A stretch of DNA of 45,713 bases, counting the filler, from Myxococcota bacterium (lineage in GTDB: Bacteria; Myxococcota_C; UBA6777), in assembly GCA_023150835.1 (NCBI GenBank). It is 10 parts of 10 records of this genome, joined end to end, with 100 filler letters (N's around TTAATTAATTAA, not from the genome) between each part and the next. Parts side by side here need not be neighbours in the genome. Positions count along the whole stretch, not along the records: positions 26,840 to 32,038 come from JAKLKB010000227.1; positions 32,139 to 38,265 come from JAKLKB010000228.1; positions 38,366 to 42,116 come from JAKLKB010000230.1; 7 more parts are not named here. The stretch is one strand, 5' to 3'. This document shows, piece by piece, positions 28,788 through 38,772 of this stretch. The notes beneath the pieces were generated by a model. That model did not search any database and was not told the origin of the DNA. It saw only the letters and a program-made list of their open reading frames with translations. A program made the translations under genes and the position numbers. The first letter of the stretch is position 1, and the number at the start of each line of letters is the position of its first letter.

Positions 28788-29223
28788 CTTCAACCTAGGG
28801 GTGGTGGAGTGCAGGGTGGTCGGTTGCAAGGGGGATTTGTGAAGAGTAAAAGAAAGTGCGAGCGAAAACAAGATAGGAGTGACGCAGTTGGGGATGATCT
28901 GTCGTAAAATCGCCTTGTTGTAGGGGCGTATGGCATACGCCCTCGACCAAACAATGGGCTTCTTCGCATCCAACTGCGTAACTCCTAACAAGAAAAGAGG
29001 GGGGTCAGATTGTTTTTCCAGAGGTTGGCGAGTCGGGCGAGAGCATCGGCGGCGTCTTGCCTTTGCGATATTCGTTGGTGAATGATGTGGGGAAAGGATG
29101 ATATCGAGGAGGGCGGAGGGCTGCTAAACAATAAGGCGGAGCAGTCAAGGGTTCTCGGCTTTGGGCATCGCTGTTTTTGATGACACGCACAAACGCACCC
29201 GAAGAAACGGACAGGAGGAAGCG

Positions 29224-31109
29224 ATGGACAAGAAAGCGTTGATGGAAGAGTTGGAGCAGTTGGGGAAGTTGTACCAAGCGGGGGTGTTTTCACAGGCGGA
29301 GTTTGAAGCGCAACGAGCGGAGTTGTTGGAGCAGTTACGGTTGTTACGCAGTGGGCAGACGCCGATGCCGTCCAAAGGTGGTGGAAGTGGACTCAGCCAA
29401 GTACACGGTGCGGATGTGCTGGCAACGGGATTTGTGGGAGGGCAAGGGCAGACGGGGCTGGGTGTGGGTCGGGTGGTGGGGGAGCGTTATCGGTTGGTGC
29501 GGAGGTTGGGGCAAGGTGGGATGGGCGAAGTGTGGTTGGCCGAAGATATCCGCTTGGGTCGGGCGTTTGCGCTGAAGTTTTTGGCCGATGCGTTGGTGGG
29601 TTCAGCAGAAGCGTTGGGGCGGATGCACCGAGAATATGAAGTGCTCGAAAAACTGTCGCATCCGCATATTGTGCGCGTCTTCGATCTGGATCAGGACAAA
29701 GACAGCGGGCGCTGGTTTCTGCGAATGGAGTATGTGGAAGGCGGAGACTTGGGGAAAAAGATCGCGGTGGTGGCGCAACAAGCCCACCGACCGCTGTTTG
29801 GGATGGAGGTGATGGTAGGTTGGTTGGGGCAGCTAGTGGAGGCGTTGGATTATGCCCATCAACAGGGGATCTTGCACCGCGACATCAAGCCCGCAAATCT
29901 AATGCTGACGAGCGATCTGCAGCGATTGAAAGTGATGGACTTTGGGATAGCGCGTGTGGTGAGCGGAACACATACGACTCAACACACGGCGATGATGGGA
30001 TCGATGTACTATGCCGCACCTGAGCTTTTGCGTGGTCAAGTAGCCACTCCCTCAGCGGATATCTATTCGTTTGGTGTGTTGGTGTACGAGATGTTGACGG
30101 GGGAACCGCCGATGGGACATTTCGAGAAACCGTCTTTGGTGGTGGATGGGCTTTCGGTAGAGGTGGATCGACCGCTGCTGGGGATGTTATCGCCAAACCC
30201 GACAAAACGGGGAGAATCGTTGCGCGAGGCGTGGTCGCCGTTGCGGGATGCGCTGCTTGGAAAAGCGACGACAGTGGTTGTGCCACCCCAGCCCGCGCCA
30301 GCATCGCCAAAGATCGAGGTGATCGCACCGCCACCGCCACCGAAGATCGCGGAACCATCGGCAGGAGAGCGGCGGGTGTTTCGCGTGGGTGGGGCGGAGT
30401 TTGCGATGCGCTGGATCCCTGCGGGGCGTTTCCTCATGGGCGCAGGAGCCGATGACAAACAGGCCGATGGCGACGAAAAACCGCAACACGATGTGACAAT
30501 CACGCGGGGGTTTTGGATGGGGGAGGTGCCCGTCACACAGAGCCAATACCAAACGATCATGGGCCAAAATCCATCGCATTTCAAAAAGGCTGGATCGGAT
30601 GCACCTGTGGAGCGGGTGAGTTGGTACGATGCTGCGGTGTTTGCAAACGAACTGTCAGCGTTGGAGGGGCTATCGGCTTGTTTTGTGGGAAGCGGGGAAA
30701 AGATGGAAGGGGTGGGGAACAAAGGAAGCGATTACGTCGGGTGCAAGGGCTGGCGTTTACCGACGGAAGCAGAGTGGGAATACGCTTGTCGTGCGGGTGC
30801 GACAACGCCGCGTTATGGAGTGGAAACAGCGGCAAGACAACGCATGCTGTGGGGCAAAAACAAGCCAATGCGTGGGGGTTGCACGATACGCTAGGGAATG
30901 TGTGGGAGTGGTGCTATGACTGGTTTGGTGGTTATTCGGCCCAAGCAGCTACAGACCTTGTTGGAGCAGCTACAGGCACGAGCCGCGTGTTGCGTGGTGG
31001 CGGTTGGAACGACAACGCCTACAGCGTGCGGGCGGCGCAGCGTTTCGACTACGCGCCGTCGTCCCGCTACTACTACTTCGGTTTCCGTGTCGTCAGGTCG
31101 AGCCCCTAG
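29224..31109 (+). pseudogene. SHOCT + Ser/Thr kinase + FGE-sulfatase/CLec protein, putative DGR target, copy C, frameshifted near 30820
   Basis: LEQLGKLYQAGVFSQAEFEAQRAELL (SHOCT). Kinase motifs LGQGGMGEVW, HRDIKPAN, DFG and YAAPE. FGE domain split between ORFs 29161..30894 and 30513..31109 by a net 25-nt deletion relative to copy B. Confidence 0.85.
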
Positions 31110-31786
31110 TTGCGGTTTGCCGTTTTACCGTTTTACCGTTTGCGGCCCGAACAATCGGGGGTGAAGAGGAGGGCGGCTTCGTGAACGAATGTGTTGTCCC
31201 TGGACAGTGCAGTAGTGTATGCAGTATAGAGTGCGGTGGGTTCTGATGGGCGTGGCGCTTCAGGACGCAAGGCAGCGAGCTCCGCCGCGCCGCGTCGTGA
31301 AGTGTCACGCTAGGCTTGAGGAGCGAGGCGCAAGTTCGGGGGGGGTTAGGCTGGGAGGGTTAGGGTGGGGGGCGTCTGTGGCTGAAGTTGGCGATGATGG
31401 GAGAAAACATCGGTGTTCGTGGAGGTTCAAGCGACAGAGGCGTTGTTTTGAAAAGCGATGTTCTTTTCGCCCTCGCGGGGTCAAGGGGCGACAGTCTATG
31501 GCGGGGGTTTGGGGGCAGGCCCCACAGAAAGAGGCTGCAAAAAGGCAACGCCCCACTTATTCACATTTGGCTCATGTTGTGTTTTGAGGTCTTCTAAGGT
31601 ACCTCATGAGCGACGTTTTTGATCGAGTGGGTCCGTTCAAACCAACGCCATGAGAGAGGTATCAAGAGGCAACACTTCTCAGCGAAGGCAACCACACATG
31701 GTTGCCCCTACGTGTTGGAAATCACACGGTGTTTTATAGGGGCAGACAGGTGTGCCTGCCCGATCTCTGTTGCGTCGGTGACCTCT

Positions 31787-32038
31787 TCATCGCTGTCTGT
31801 TTTGAACGAACCCCCGCAAGGGGAGGAGGTATCTTTGGGTCGCGGCTTGACGAGGGTAGGCGAGATCGAGGTGGGAGGCTTGGACTTGGAGGACGCCGAG
31901 GATGTCGTGCCACTGCCGTTCAGAGACACCACCACCCATTTGGAACCAACGGAGCTTGTGCAGGATGGTATCTTCGGGACTTGCGAGGTAGAGGGCGGTG
32001 GAGGTGGTTTCATCGAGGGGGACACGCTGACGGCGTTT
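31787..32038 (-). CDS. Nucleotidyltransferase-like (AbiEii/DUF6036-type) protein, C-terminal part
   Basis: My translation ...LYLASPEDTILHKLRWFQMGGGVSERQWHDILGVLQVQASHLDLAY... Not in the ORF track because the start lies beyond the contig end. Confidence 0.7.
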   Translation of the reverse strand, partial: KRRQRVPLDETTSTALYLASPEDTILHKLRWFQMGGGVSERQWHDILGVLQVQASHLDLAYPRQAATQRYLLPLRGFVQNRQR

Positions 32039-32364
32039 NNNNNNNNNNNNNNNNNNNNNNNNNNNNNNNNNNNNNNNNNNNNTTAATTAATTAANNNNNN
32101 NNNNNNNNNNNNNNNNNNNNNNNNNNNNNNNNNNNNNNGCAGCGTCTGCATTTCGTGCATACAGCGTGCGTCATGAAAAAACAAAATCCCCGATGCTTCC
32201 GACTTTCGCTCCCTCCCCTGTTCACGGGGGAGGGCGGGGTGGGGGGCTTTCCTCCGCTTCACCTAACGCCTATGGGGGTAATCCCCTGTGGCTGCCCGAG
32301 AACAGGGCGTCTTCTCTCAGATATCGTCAGGCCACAAGACACGAAAACCAAAGGACATCAGACC

Positions 32365-33648
32365 ATGCCGCCAACCAAGTCACCCGTTGATCGGGACGCT
32401 GTGATCGAGACCTTTGCTGCGCATCTTTCTCGGCCCAAGGTTGAATTCTATCAGCGCTACGGATTTGACCTTGTGATGGGAAAACGCGAAGGGATCTTTT
32501 TTGAAGATCTCGATGGGCGGCGCTTGATCAACGCTCACTGCAACGGCGGTGTCTTTAATATGGGCCATCGCCATCCCGCCCTTGTTTCCGCACTCAAACA
32601 AGCCCTTGATTCGCTCGATATCGGGAATCATCACTTGATCTCGACGTATCGTGCGCAGCTTGCACAACGTCTTACGGCCTCGATCCCGGGCGATATCGAT
32701 CATCTGGTCTTTGCTTCGAGTGGGGGAGAAGCCATCGACATGGCGATCAAGATGGCGCGGGGCTTTACGCAACGTCCGCGTATCCTTTCTGCCCAAGGCG
32801 GATATCACGGACACACCGGCCTTGCGATGGCCACAGGAGATCCGCGCTATCGCGATCCCTTTGGCTCTTCGATCCCGGGCTTTCAACAGATCCCCTTTCT
32901 TGACCTTGATGCGCTCGAACAAGCCCTTGATTCGAGTGTTGCGGCGGTCATCCTTGAGACGATCCCTGCCACGCTTGGCATCGTTGTTCCCACCGCTGTT
33001 TATCTTCAAGGCGTGCGCCGTCTTTGCGATCAATACGGGTGTTTGCTCATCCTCGACGAGATCCAGTCAGGGCTCGGGCGTACAGGCAAGATGTGGGCTT
33101 TTGAACACTTCGGTGTCTCTCCTGATATCATGGTGACGGGAAAAGGTCTTTCGGGGGGCTTGTATCCGATCGCTGCGACTTGTTTTCGCGGCTCGATGGA
33201 ACGGCTCTTTGAGGCAGATCCCTTTGTGCATATCTCCACTTTTGGCGGGGCCGAACTGGGCTGTGTCGTGAGTCTTGCCCTCTTGGATATCCTCGAATCA
33301 ACGGGCTTTTTGCAGCAGGTCACTCAGACAGGCGAACAACTCAACGCGGCGCTGTCTGGCTTTGCTTCTCAGTATGGCGAGGTCTTGGTGGGCATCCGCC
33401 AATTGGGGATGATGATCGGCCTCGTGTTTGCGCGACCGGGCTTGGGCGTGCTGTTTAGTCGGATATTGCTCGATCATGGCATCTTTGCGGTCTACTCCAA
33501 TAACGACAAGTGCGTCACACAATTCTTGTTGCCCTTGATCATCCAACCCCACGAGGTCCAAGACGTCCTCGAACGCCTCCGCCTCTCTCTTGAGGTGATC
33601 CAACAACCTGAGATGCGCGAGGTGGCCGCACTGATCGAGACGCTCTAA
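32365..33648 (+). CDS. Class III PLP-dependent aminotransferase (ArgD/PatA-like)
   Basis: Motifs SSGGEAID, GGYHGHT, LILDEIQSGLGRTG, PDIMVTGKGLSGG and HISTFGG. Confidence 0.93.
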   Translation: MPPTKSPVDRDAVIETFAAHLSRPKVEFYQRYGFDLVMGKREGIFFEDLDGRRLINAHCNGGVFNMGHRHPALVSALKQALDSLDIGNHHLISTYRAQLAQRLTASIPGDIDHLVFASSGGEAIDMAIKMARGFTQRPRILSAQGGYHGHTGLAMATGDPRYRDPFGSSIPGFQQIPFLDLDALEQALDSSVAAVILETIPATLGIVVPTAVYLQGVRRLCDQYGCLLILDEIQSGLGRTGKMWAFEHFGVSPDIMVTGKGLSGGLYPIAATCFRGSMERLFEADPFVHISTFGGAELGCVVSLALLDILESTGFLQQVTQTGEQLNAALSGFASQYGEVLVGIRQLGMMIGLVFARPGLGVLFSRILLDHGIFAVYSNNDKCVTQFLLPLIIQPHEVQDVLERLRLSLEVIQQPEMREVAALIETL

Positions 33649-33667
33649 CCCCCCCCAAGGAGGCGCG

Positions 33668-34642
33668 ATGTTGGAGATCCCAAACGAACACCTTGAAGCC
33701 TTTGAAGCGGCACTTGATCCCGCACTTCCCGAACGCTCTCGCGTCCCCGCAGAGATCCTCGGCTATGGTGAGATGAGTACCGTCCTGACTTTTTCGGTCC
33801 CTCCGTACAATCGTTATGCTTTTAAGCGCATGGCCTTGTTCCGTTCATCCGCCGAGATCGATACATACGAGGGGCATTATCGCCACTACAACGCCGCTCT
33901 TGCACAACTGGGGCTGCGCCTGCCAAACTATGGCGTCAATCGTGTCCCCGATGCCATCGGCCAGATCGTTTTGTATCTCAGCCAAGATCGCCTCGATGGC
34001 CGTTCTATCGCAAACAAAGTCCTCCATGATCTCCCAAAAGACGATGCGCTGCGCCTTTTGCGTGCTATCCAACAAGCCGCTCTACCCGTCTTTTTGCACA
34101 ATCACGCCGCTTCGCAGCAAAAAGGATCGACCTACAGCCTCGATATCCAGATATCCAACTGGGCCGTCGAAGGCTACGATCCCCAATCCCCCCGCTTTAC
34201 GGGCGATGAATCGCTGCTCTATATCGACACCAGCACGCCCATGTACCGCATCGACGGCAAAGAACAACTCGACTCCGAACTTTTCTTGCGGATCTGTCCT
34301 GCTTCTTTGGTCTGGATCATCCGTTGGCTTTTTCTTGATGGTGTCCTTCAACGCTATTACAACTTCCGCCTTGTTGTCTTGGATCTGCTCGCCAACTTGA
34401 TCAAAGAAGGCCGCGAAGATCTCCTTGAATCCGCCGTCTCACAAGCCAACGCCTTCTTTGCCGAACAAGCCGCCGTCCTTGCTTGTCGCCCGCTCACCCA
34501 AAAAGAGATCCGCAGCTATTACAAAGAAGACGCTCTGATCTGGCGGCTGTTCCTGTCTTTTCGACGGATGGAACGCTTCCTCAAAACCAAGATCCAGCGC
34601 AAACGGTACAACATCATCCTCCCCGGATCGATCAGACGCTAG
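33668..34642 (+). CDS. Conserved hypothetical protein (DUF6206-like)
   Basis: AGGAGG RBS. Motifs ILGYGEMS, YAFKRM, LDIQISNW and YIDTSTP. Family name from recall. Confidence 0.7.
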   Translation: MLEIPNEHLEAFEAALDPALPERSRVPAEILGYGEMSTVLTFSVPPYNRYAFKRMALFRSSAEIDTYEGHYRHYNAALAQLGLRLPNYGVNRVPDAIGQIVLYLSQDRLDGRSIANKVLHDLPKDDALRLLRAIQQAALPVFLHNHAASQQKGSTYSLDIQISNWAVEGYDPQSPRFTGDESLLYIDTSTPMYRIDGKEQLDSELFLRICPASLVWIIRWLFLDGVLQRYYNFRLVVLDLLANLIKEGREDLLESAVSQANAFFAEQAAVLACRPLTQKEIRSYYKEDALIWRLFLSFRRMERFLKTKIQRKRYNIILPGSIRR

Positions 34643-35931
34643 TGAGGCATCTTTTCTCGGCGGTTTTCGCGCTCCCAAAACCAACGATGTAGCCCGCTCC
34701 ATCGTGCCTTTCCGACGCGGCTGACTTGTTCGGCCCATGTCGGAAGTACCGAACGATGCTTTTGCCACAATGCCTGCCAGTCCATCGCCTCGGTGTTTCG
34801 GTGATCTCCGAAACATTGTGCTTCGAGTGCAGCGCGCTCTGCTTCAAACACAGGCCGCCGATGCGTCGTATCCTCAAGCACCAGACGATGCAGCCGCTCA
34901 TGCCGCCAAAATAGACTCTCCGCATCGTATCCTTCGGCAGGTTGCGGCTGATCGTCCCACGCTTTCCCATCGAAAACGACAGGCTTAAACACACTCATAC
35001 AAGGCGACGAAGTCCCCGTAAACCAATGTTGCGAACCTTCGGTGTGCAGGTGGCTGATCATCGAAGCGGTCGTTTGCCCTGCATGGCGTGTCGGCCACCA
35101 AGACGCATGCGCACAGGGCATCTTCATGCGCCACCCCGCATCCAACGGCAGTCCTGCGTGATCGCGCAATGCCTCTGCGCACACCGCTCCATCGATCTTT
35201 CCGTCATGGCGCTGCAAGATCCCCAAGGTACAGGCTCTGCGCAGATCCCCGCCCGTCAACGTCCGATACAGGCTCGAACCAAAGCACCGCGCAAAATCAA
35301 AGTCCTCTTTTCCCTTACACCATCCGCGCTTTTGGGCATAATCGATTGTCCCTTCCGCGATCCGATCAAATTCTCGCCCGATGCTCAGGACATTCGATAT
35401 CGACCGTTGCGAGCGCACCTTTTCGGCCACCCAATACCTCCCCGCTGTCTCCAACACCCACGCTTCCTTCGGATCTGCCAAGATGAATGCGTTGTGATAA
35501 CGAAATCCCGCTTGCCGATAACCACAACGTCCGCCTTGTCCATAACGCCCAATCAACGAAGTGATCAGATCCATCGCTTCTTCCGCCGTTTTCGTGCGCT
35601 CCAGCGCAAGGCGCAGCAGATCCATCCCCGTCAGCCCCGATTCCTCGACCTCCACTCGCGTGAACACCGCCTCGTTGCCGATCACAAGACCGTACTCATT
35701 GCACCCCATCTCCGCGCCCCACATCCAAAACGGGCGCGACAAAAACACTGCGTACGTTTGCGGCGCTTGTGGGATCGCCATATGCGTACATTGCACCATC
35801 CCCGATGCCTCGTGCGTTTGCGCTGGTAAGTACTCCACAAACTGCGCTTCCCCTGCCTCTCTGTCGCTGTTCTTGCCAAACCACACCCCACCCGCTTTCG
35901 TCCCTGAGACCGCCACAAACGTATCACACAT
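34639..35931 (-). CDS. Secernin / peptidase C69 family Ntn-hydrolase
   Basis: N-terminal MCDTFVA, FGKNSDRE.GEAQ, SRPFWMWGAEMGCNEYGLVIGNEAVFT and GMDLLRLALER. Confidence 0.92.
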   Translation of the reverse strand: MCDTFVAVSGTKAGGVWFGKNSDREAGEAQFVEYLPAQTHEASGMVQCTHMAIPQAPQTYAVFLSRPFWMWGAEMGCNEYGLVIGNEAVFTRVEVEESGLTGMDLLRLALERTKTAEEAMDLITSLIGRYGQGGRCGYRQAGFRYHNAFILADPKEAWVLETAGRYWVAEKVRSQRSISNVLSIGREFDRIAEGTIDYAQKRGWCKGKEDFDFARCFGSSLYRTLTGGDLRRACTLGILQRHDGKIDGAVCAEALRDHAGLPLDAGWRMKMPCAHASWWPTRHAGQTTASMISHLHTEGSQHWFTGTSSPCMSVFKPVVFDGKAWDDQPQPAEGYDAESLFWRHERLHRLVLEDTTHRRPVFEAERAALEAQCFGDHRNTEAMDWQALWQKHRSVLPTWAEQVSRVGKARWSGLHRWFWERENRREKMPH

Positions 35932-36234
35932 CCTTTTCTCTCCCTTCTTGTTGGTTTGCTTTTGTGGGGTTCCACCCCATAGGCGTTAGGTTAAGCGCTT
36001 GTTGGCCCCCCCACCCCAGCCCTCCCCCGTGAACAGGGGAGGGAGCGAAAGTCGGAAGCAGCGGGGATTTTGTTTTTTCATGACACACGCTGTATGCACG
36101 ACGGCGCGTATGGGGTTCCACCCCACGCCCCGCAAGGGAACTGCGTCCCCTTGACCCCGTATCGGCGAACCGATCATCGCTTTTCACCCCAACGGCTCTG
36201 TCGCTTGAAATGGCGCGAACACGGGGGAGTTTGG

Positions 36235-36430
36235 GGTGCGTGCAACGGACAGGGGTTTGTGGCGCACGACGGGCATGGTCTTGAGTTGCGCACAACGAAC
36301 AGGGGTTTGGAGCGCGTGCAACGGGCATGGTCTTGAGTTGCGCACGACGGACTGGGTTTTGAACTGCGCACAACGAACAGGGGTTTGGATCGCGTGCAAC
36401 GGACTGGGTTTTTGTAATGTTCAACGGACG
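36235..36430. repeat. Degenerate tandem repeats (CGTGCAACGG.../GAGTTGCGCAC.ACG...GGGTTT)
   Basis: Several imperfect 24-48 bp units in intergenic DNA. Confidence 0.7.
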
Positions 36431-36669
36431 CGGCTTTTGGGTCGTGTACACAAGCAGCGCAACGACGTTGTTTCTTTGGGGAGTGTAGCGGTCTTGTTTT
36501 TGGTTGACAACGCTTTGGTTGTTCTCTACAAGCCCGCAACATAGAGCGGTTGGCGGATGTTGCTTTGGGTTGGAACAGATGGTGGTGGTTTGTGGGTCTG
36601 TTGTTCGTTGTGTCCGTGCCCCTCCGCATTGCTTTGGGTTTCTCCGTCCAAAACGCAAAGGAGCTGAAC

Positions 36670-37953
36670 GTGTACTGTTTAGAGCTGCGAAACATCAAGA
36701 GATATCTGTGGATTGGTCTTTTGGGCAGCCTTGGTTTGTTTGCGACGGCCTGCCCATCTACGCCGTCTTCCCAAGAGCCTTCGCGTGAATCTTCCCAACA
36801 CAGCGAACAAAACACGCCAAGCGAGTCGGACTCCCCAACCGAGCGCCCCCACGACGCCGCCCAAGAAGCTCTGCCCGAATCGCCCCAAGAATCCGCAAAC
36901 GAAACCTCCCAAGAAACGCCCTCCGAACTGCCCGTTGAACACGACGCATCCTCGATAGAACCCACCCAAGAAGGCCGTCCACCCGAGTCTTCGCAAGATG
37001 AGCCAGACCCGGGTTCGCCTCCCTCCGATCTGAAAGTGTACCGCGTGGGTGCTGCTTCGTGGATCAAAGCCACGACACAAGCAGGTGTGATGTTGGCAGG
37101 GGGAGGAGCCGATCAAGCAGCGGCCTTTCGTTGGATGCTTGATCGTGCAGGTGGGGGAGACGTGGTGATCTTGCGAAGTAGCGGAGAAGACGGATACAAC
37201 GCATGGATCGCTGGTTTAGGAAAGACCCATTCAGTCACGACGTTGCTGGTGGATTCGCGCCAAAAAGCCGATACGGTCTACGTCCAGCGCGTGATCGAAA
37301 ATGCCGAGATGGTCTTTATTGCTGGAGGCGATCAGTCCGACTATTTCAAACATTGGAGCCAAAGCCTTCTCGAAAAAACGCTGCTTCAAGTATTCGCGCA
37401 AAAGCGTATCCCCATCGGCGGAACCAGCGCAGGGATGGCTGTCCTTGGTGGGATATCATACATCCCAAGCAGCAAAGGCGTCTTGTCGAGTGAGGCTCTT
37501 GCAGATCCTTTTCATGCCTATACCGAAGCCTTACGCGATGATTTCTTTGGGGGCCTGCCTTTTTTGGGGGGAGTCCTTACGGACACGCATTTCTATGAGC
37601 GTGATCGGATGGGTCGTTTGTTGGTTTGGATGGCTCGCCTTATCGCTTCGGGTCGCCCTGTTCGTGATACCAAAGCCATCGCCGCCGACGAAGGCGCGGC
37701 TGTTTGTATCGACGCCTCTGGACAGGCCCAAGTCTTTAGCGATGGCGGCTTTGTGTACTTTTTCCGCGCAAACGCAGGTCCACCCGAACGCATCGAACGA
37801 AGCCAGCCCCTGCAATGGTCACAAAAAGGTGAAGCCGTCAAAGTCCAGCGCGTCCCCAATGGTGGCTCTTTCGATCTTTCCCAATGGTCGGGTGGAACAA
37901 GCTACAAAGTCTCGATCGAACAAGGGGCCGTCTCGCCCAAAGATCCGTACTGA
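36670..37953 (+). CDS. Cyanophycinase-like peptidase S51 lipoprotein
   Basis: GTG start after AAGGAG. Lipobox ATAC and acidic Pro/Glu linker. Motifs FIAGGDQ, GGTSAG (catalytic Ser), DTHF.ERDRMGRL and ADE. Confidence 0.88.
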   Translation: MYCLELRNIKRYLWIGLLGSLGLFATACPSTPSSQEPSRESSQHSEQNTPSESDSPTERPHDAAQEALPESPQESANETSQETPSELPVEHDASSIEPTQEGRPPESSQDEPDPGSPPSDLKVYRVGAASWIKATTQAGVMLAGGGADQAAAFRWMLDRAGGGDVVILRSSGEDGYNAWIAGLGKTHSVTTLLVDSRQKADTVYVQRVIENAEMVFIAGGDQSDYFKHWSQSLLEKTLLQVFAQKRIPIGGTSAGMAVLGGISYIPSSKGVLSSEALADPFHAYTEALRDDFFGGLPFLGGVLTDTHFYERDRMGRLLVWMARLIASGRPVRDTKAIAADEGAAVCIDASGQAQVFSDGGFVYFFRANAGPPERIERSQPLQWSQKGEAVKVQRVPNGGSFDLSQWSGGTSYKVSIEQGAVSPKDPY

Positions 37954-37985
37954 TACGAGACCCGCCCGTTGTGTGATCGTAAAAA

Positions 37986-38265
37986 TGTAGGGGCAGCCCC
38001 CTGTGGCTGCCCAAGAATCGGGCGTCTCCGAATGACGCTTTGTGTGCGCTTCTTACGGATACTGTAGGGGCAGCCCCCTGTGGCTGCCCAAGAATCGGGC
38101 GTCTCCGAATGACGCTTTGTGTGCGCTTCTTACGGATACTGTAGGGCAGACCCCTGTGGCTGCCCAAGAATCGGGCGTCTCCGAATGACGCTTTGTGTGC
38201 GCTTCTTACGGATACTGTAGGGGCAGCCCCCTGTGGCTGCCCAAGAATCGGGCGTCTCCGAATGA
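37986..38265. repeat. 77-bp tandem repeat (about 3.6 copies) built on a GTAG-type REP hairpin (GTAGGGGCAGCCCCCTGTGGCTGCCC)
   Basis: Units start at 37986, 38063, 38140 and 38216. Single related REPs near 13580, 31690-31760, 32275 and 40662. Confidence 0.9.
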
Positions 38266-38772
38266 NNNNNNNNNNNNNNNNNNNNNNNNNNNNNNNNNNN
38301 NNNNNNNNNTTAATTAATTAANNNNNNNNNNNNNNNNNNNNNNNNNNNNNNNNNNNNNNNNNNNNGCCCTCCCCCGTGAACAGGGGAGGGAGCGAAAGTC
38401 GGAAGCATCGGGGATTTTGTTTTTTCATGACGCACGCTGTATGCACGAAATGCAGACGCTGCCCGTTCCAACTTCCCCCCGTTCACGGGGGGATTGAGGG
38501 GGGGGAGAAAAAAAAAGGCGATCAAGACCGACTCGACGAGGTTTCCACCTTAACAAGGCGCGTATGGGGTTTCACCCCACGCCCCACAAGGGAGCGCGGC
38601 TCCCTTGACCCCGTATCGGTGGGGTGAATAGCGATGTTTAAACCAACAACGGCACTGCTTGAAGTTCCGCGAACATGGGGTTTTTTGTTCGCTGCGCCGT
38701 TGCTATGATCGTTTGATGGCATCGTTTTGGGGTGGTGTTTTAATCGGATGGTTGCACAAGAGGGAGGAGTGT

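Noticed and set aside
31619-32086. + strand ORF with an apparent GGAGG and TTG at 31835
   Set aside because: The minus frame carries a recognisable nucleotidyltransferase-like C-terminus, so the + ORF is probably its shadow.
37986-38265. 77-bp repeat as a CRISPR array
   Set aside because: The intervals between hairpins are identical, so there are no spacers. The hairpin is of GTAG-REP type.
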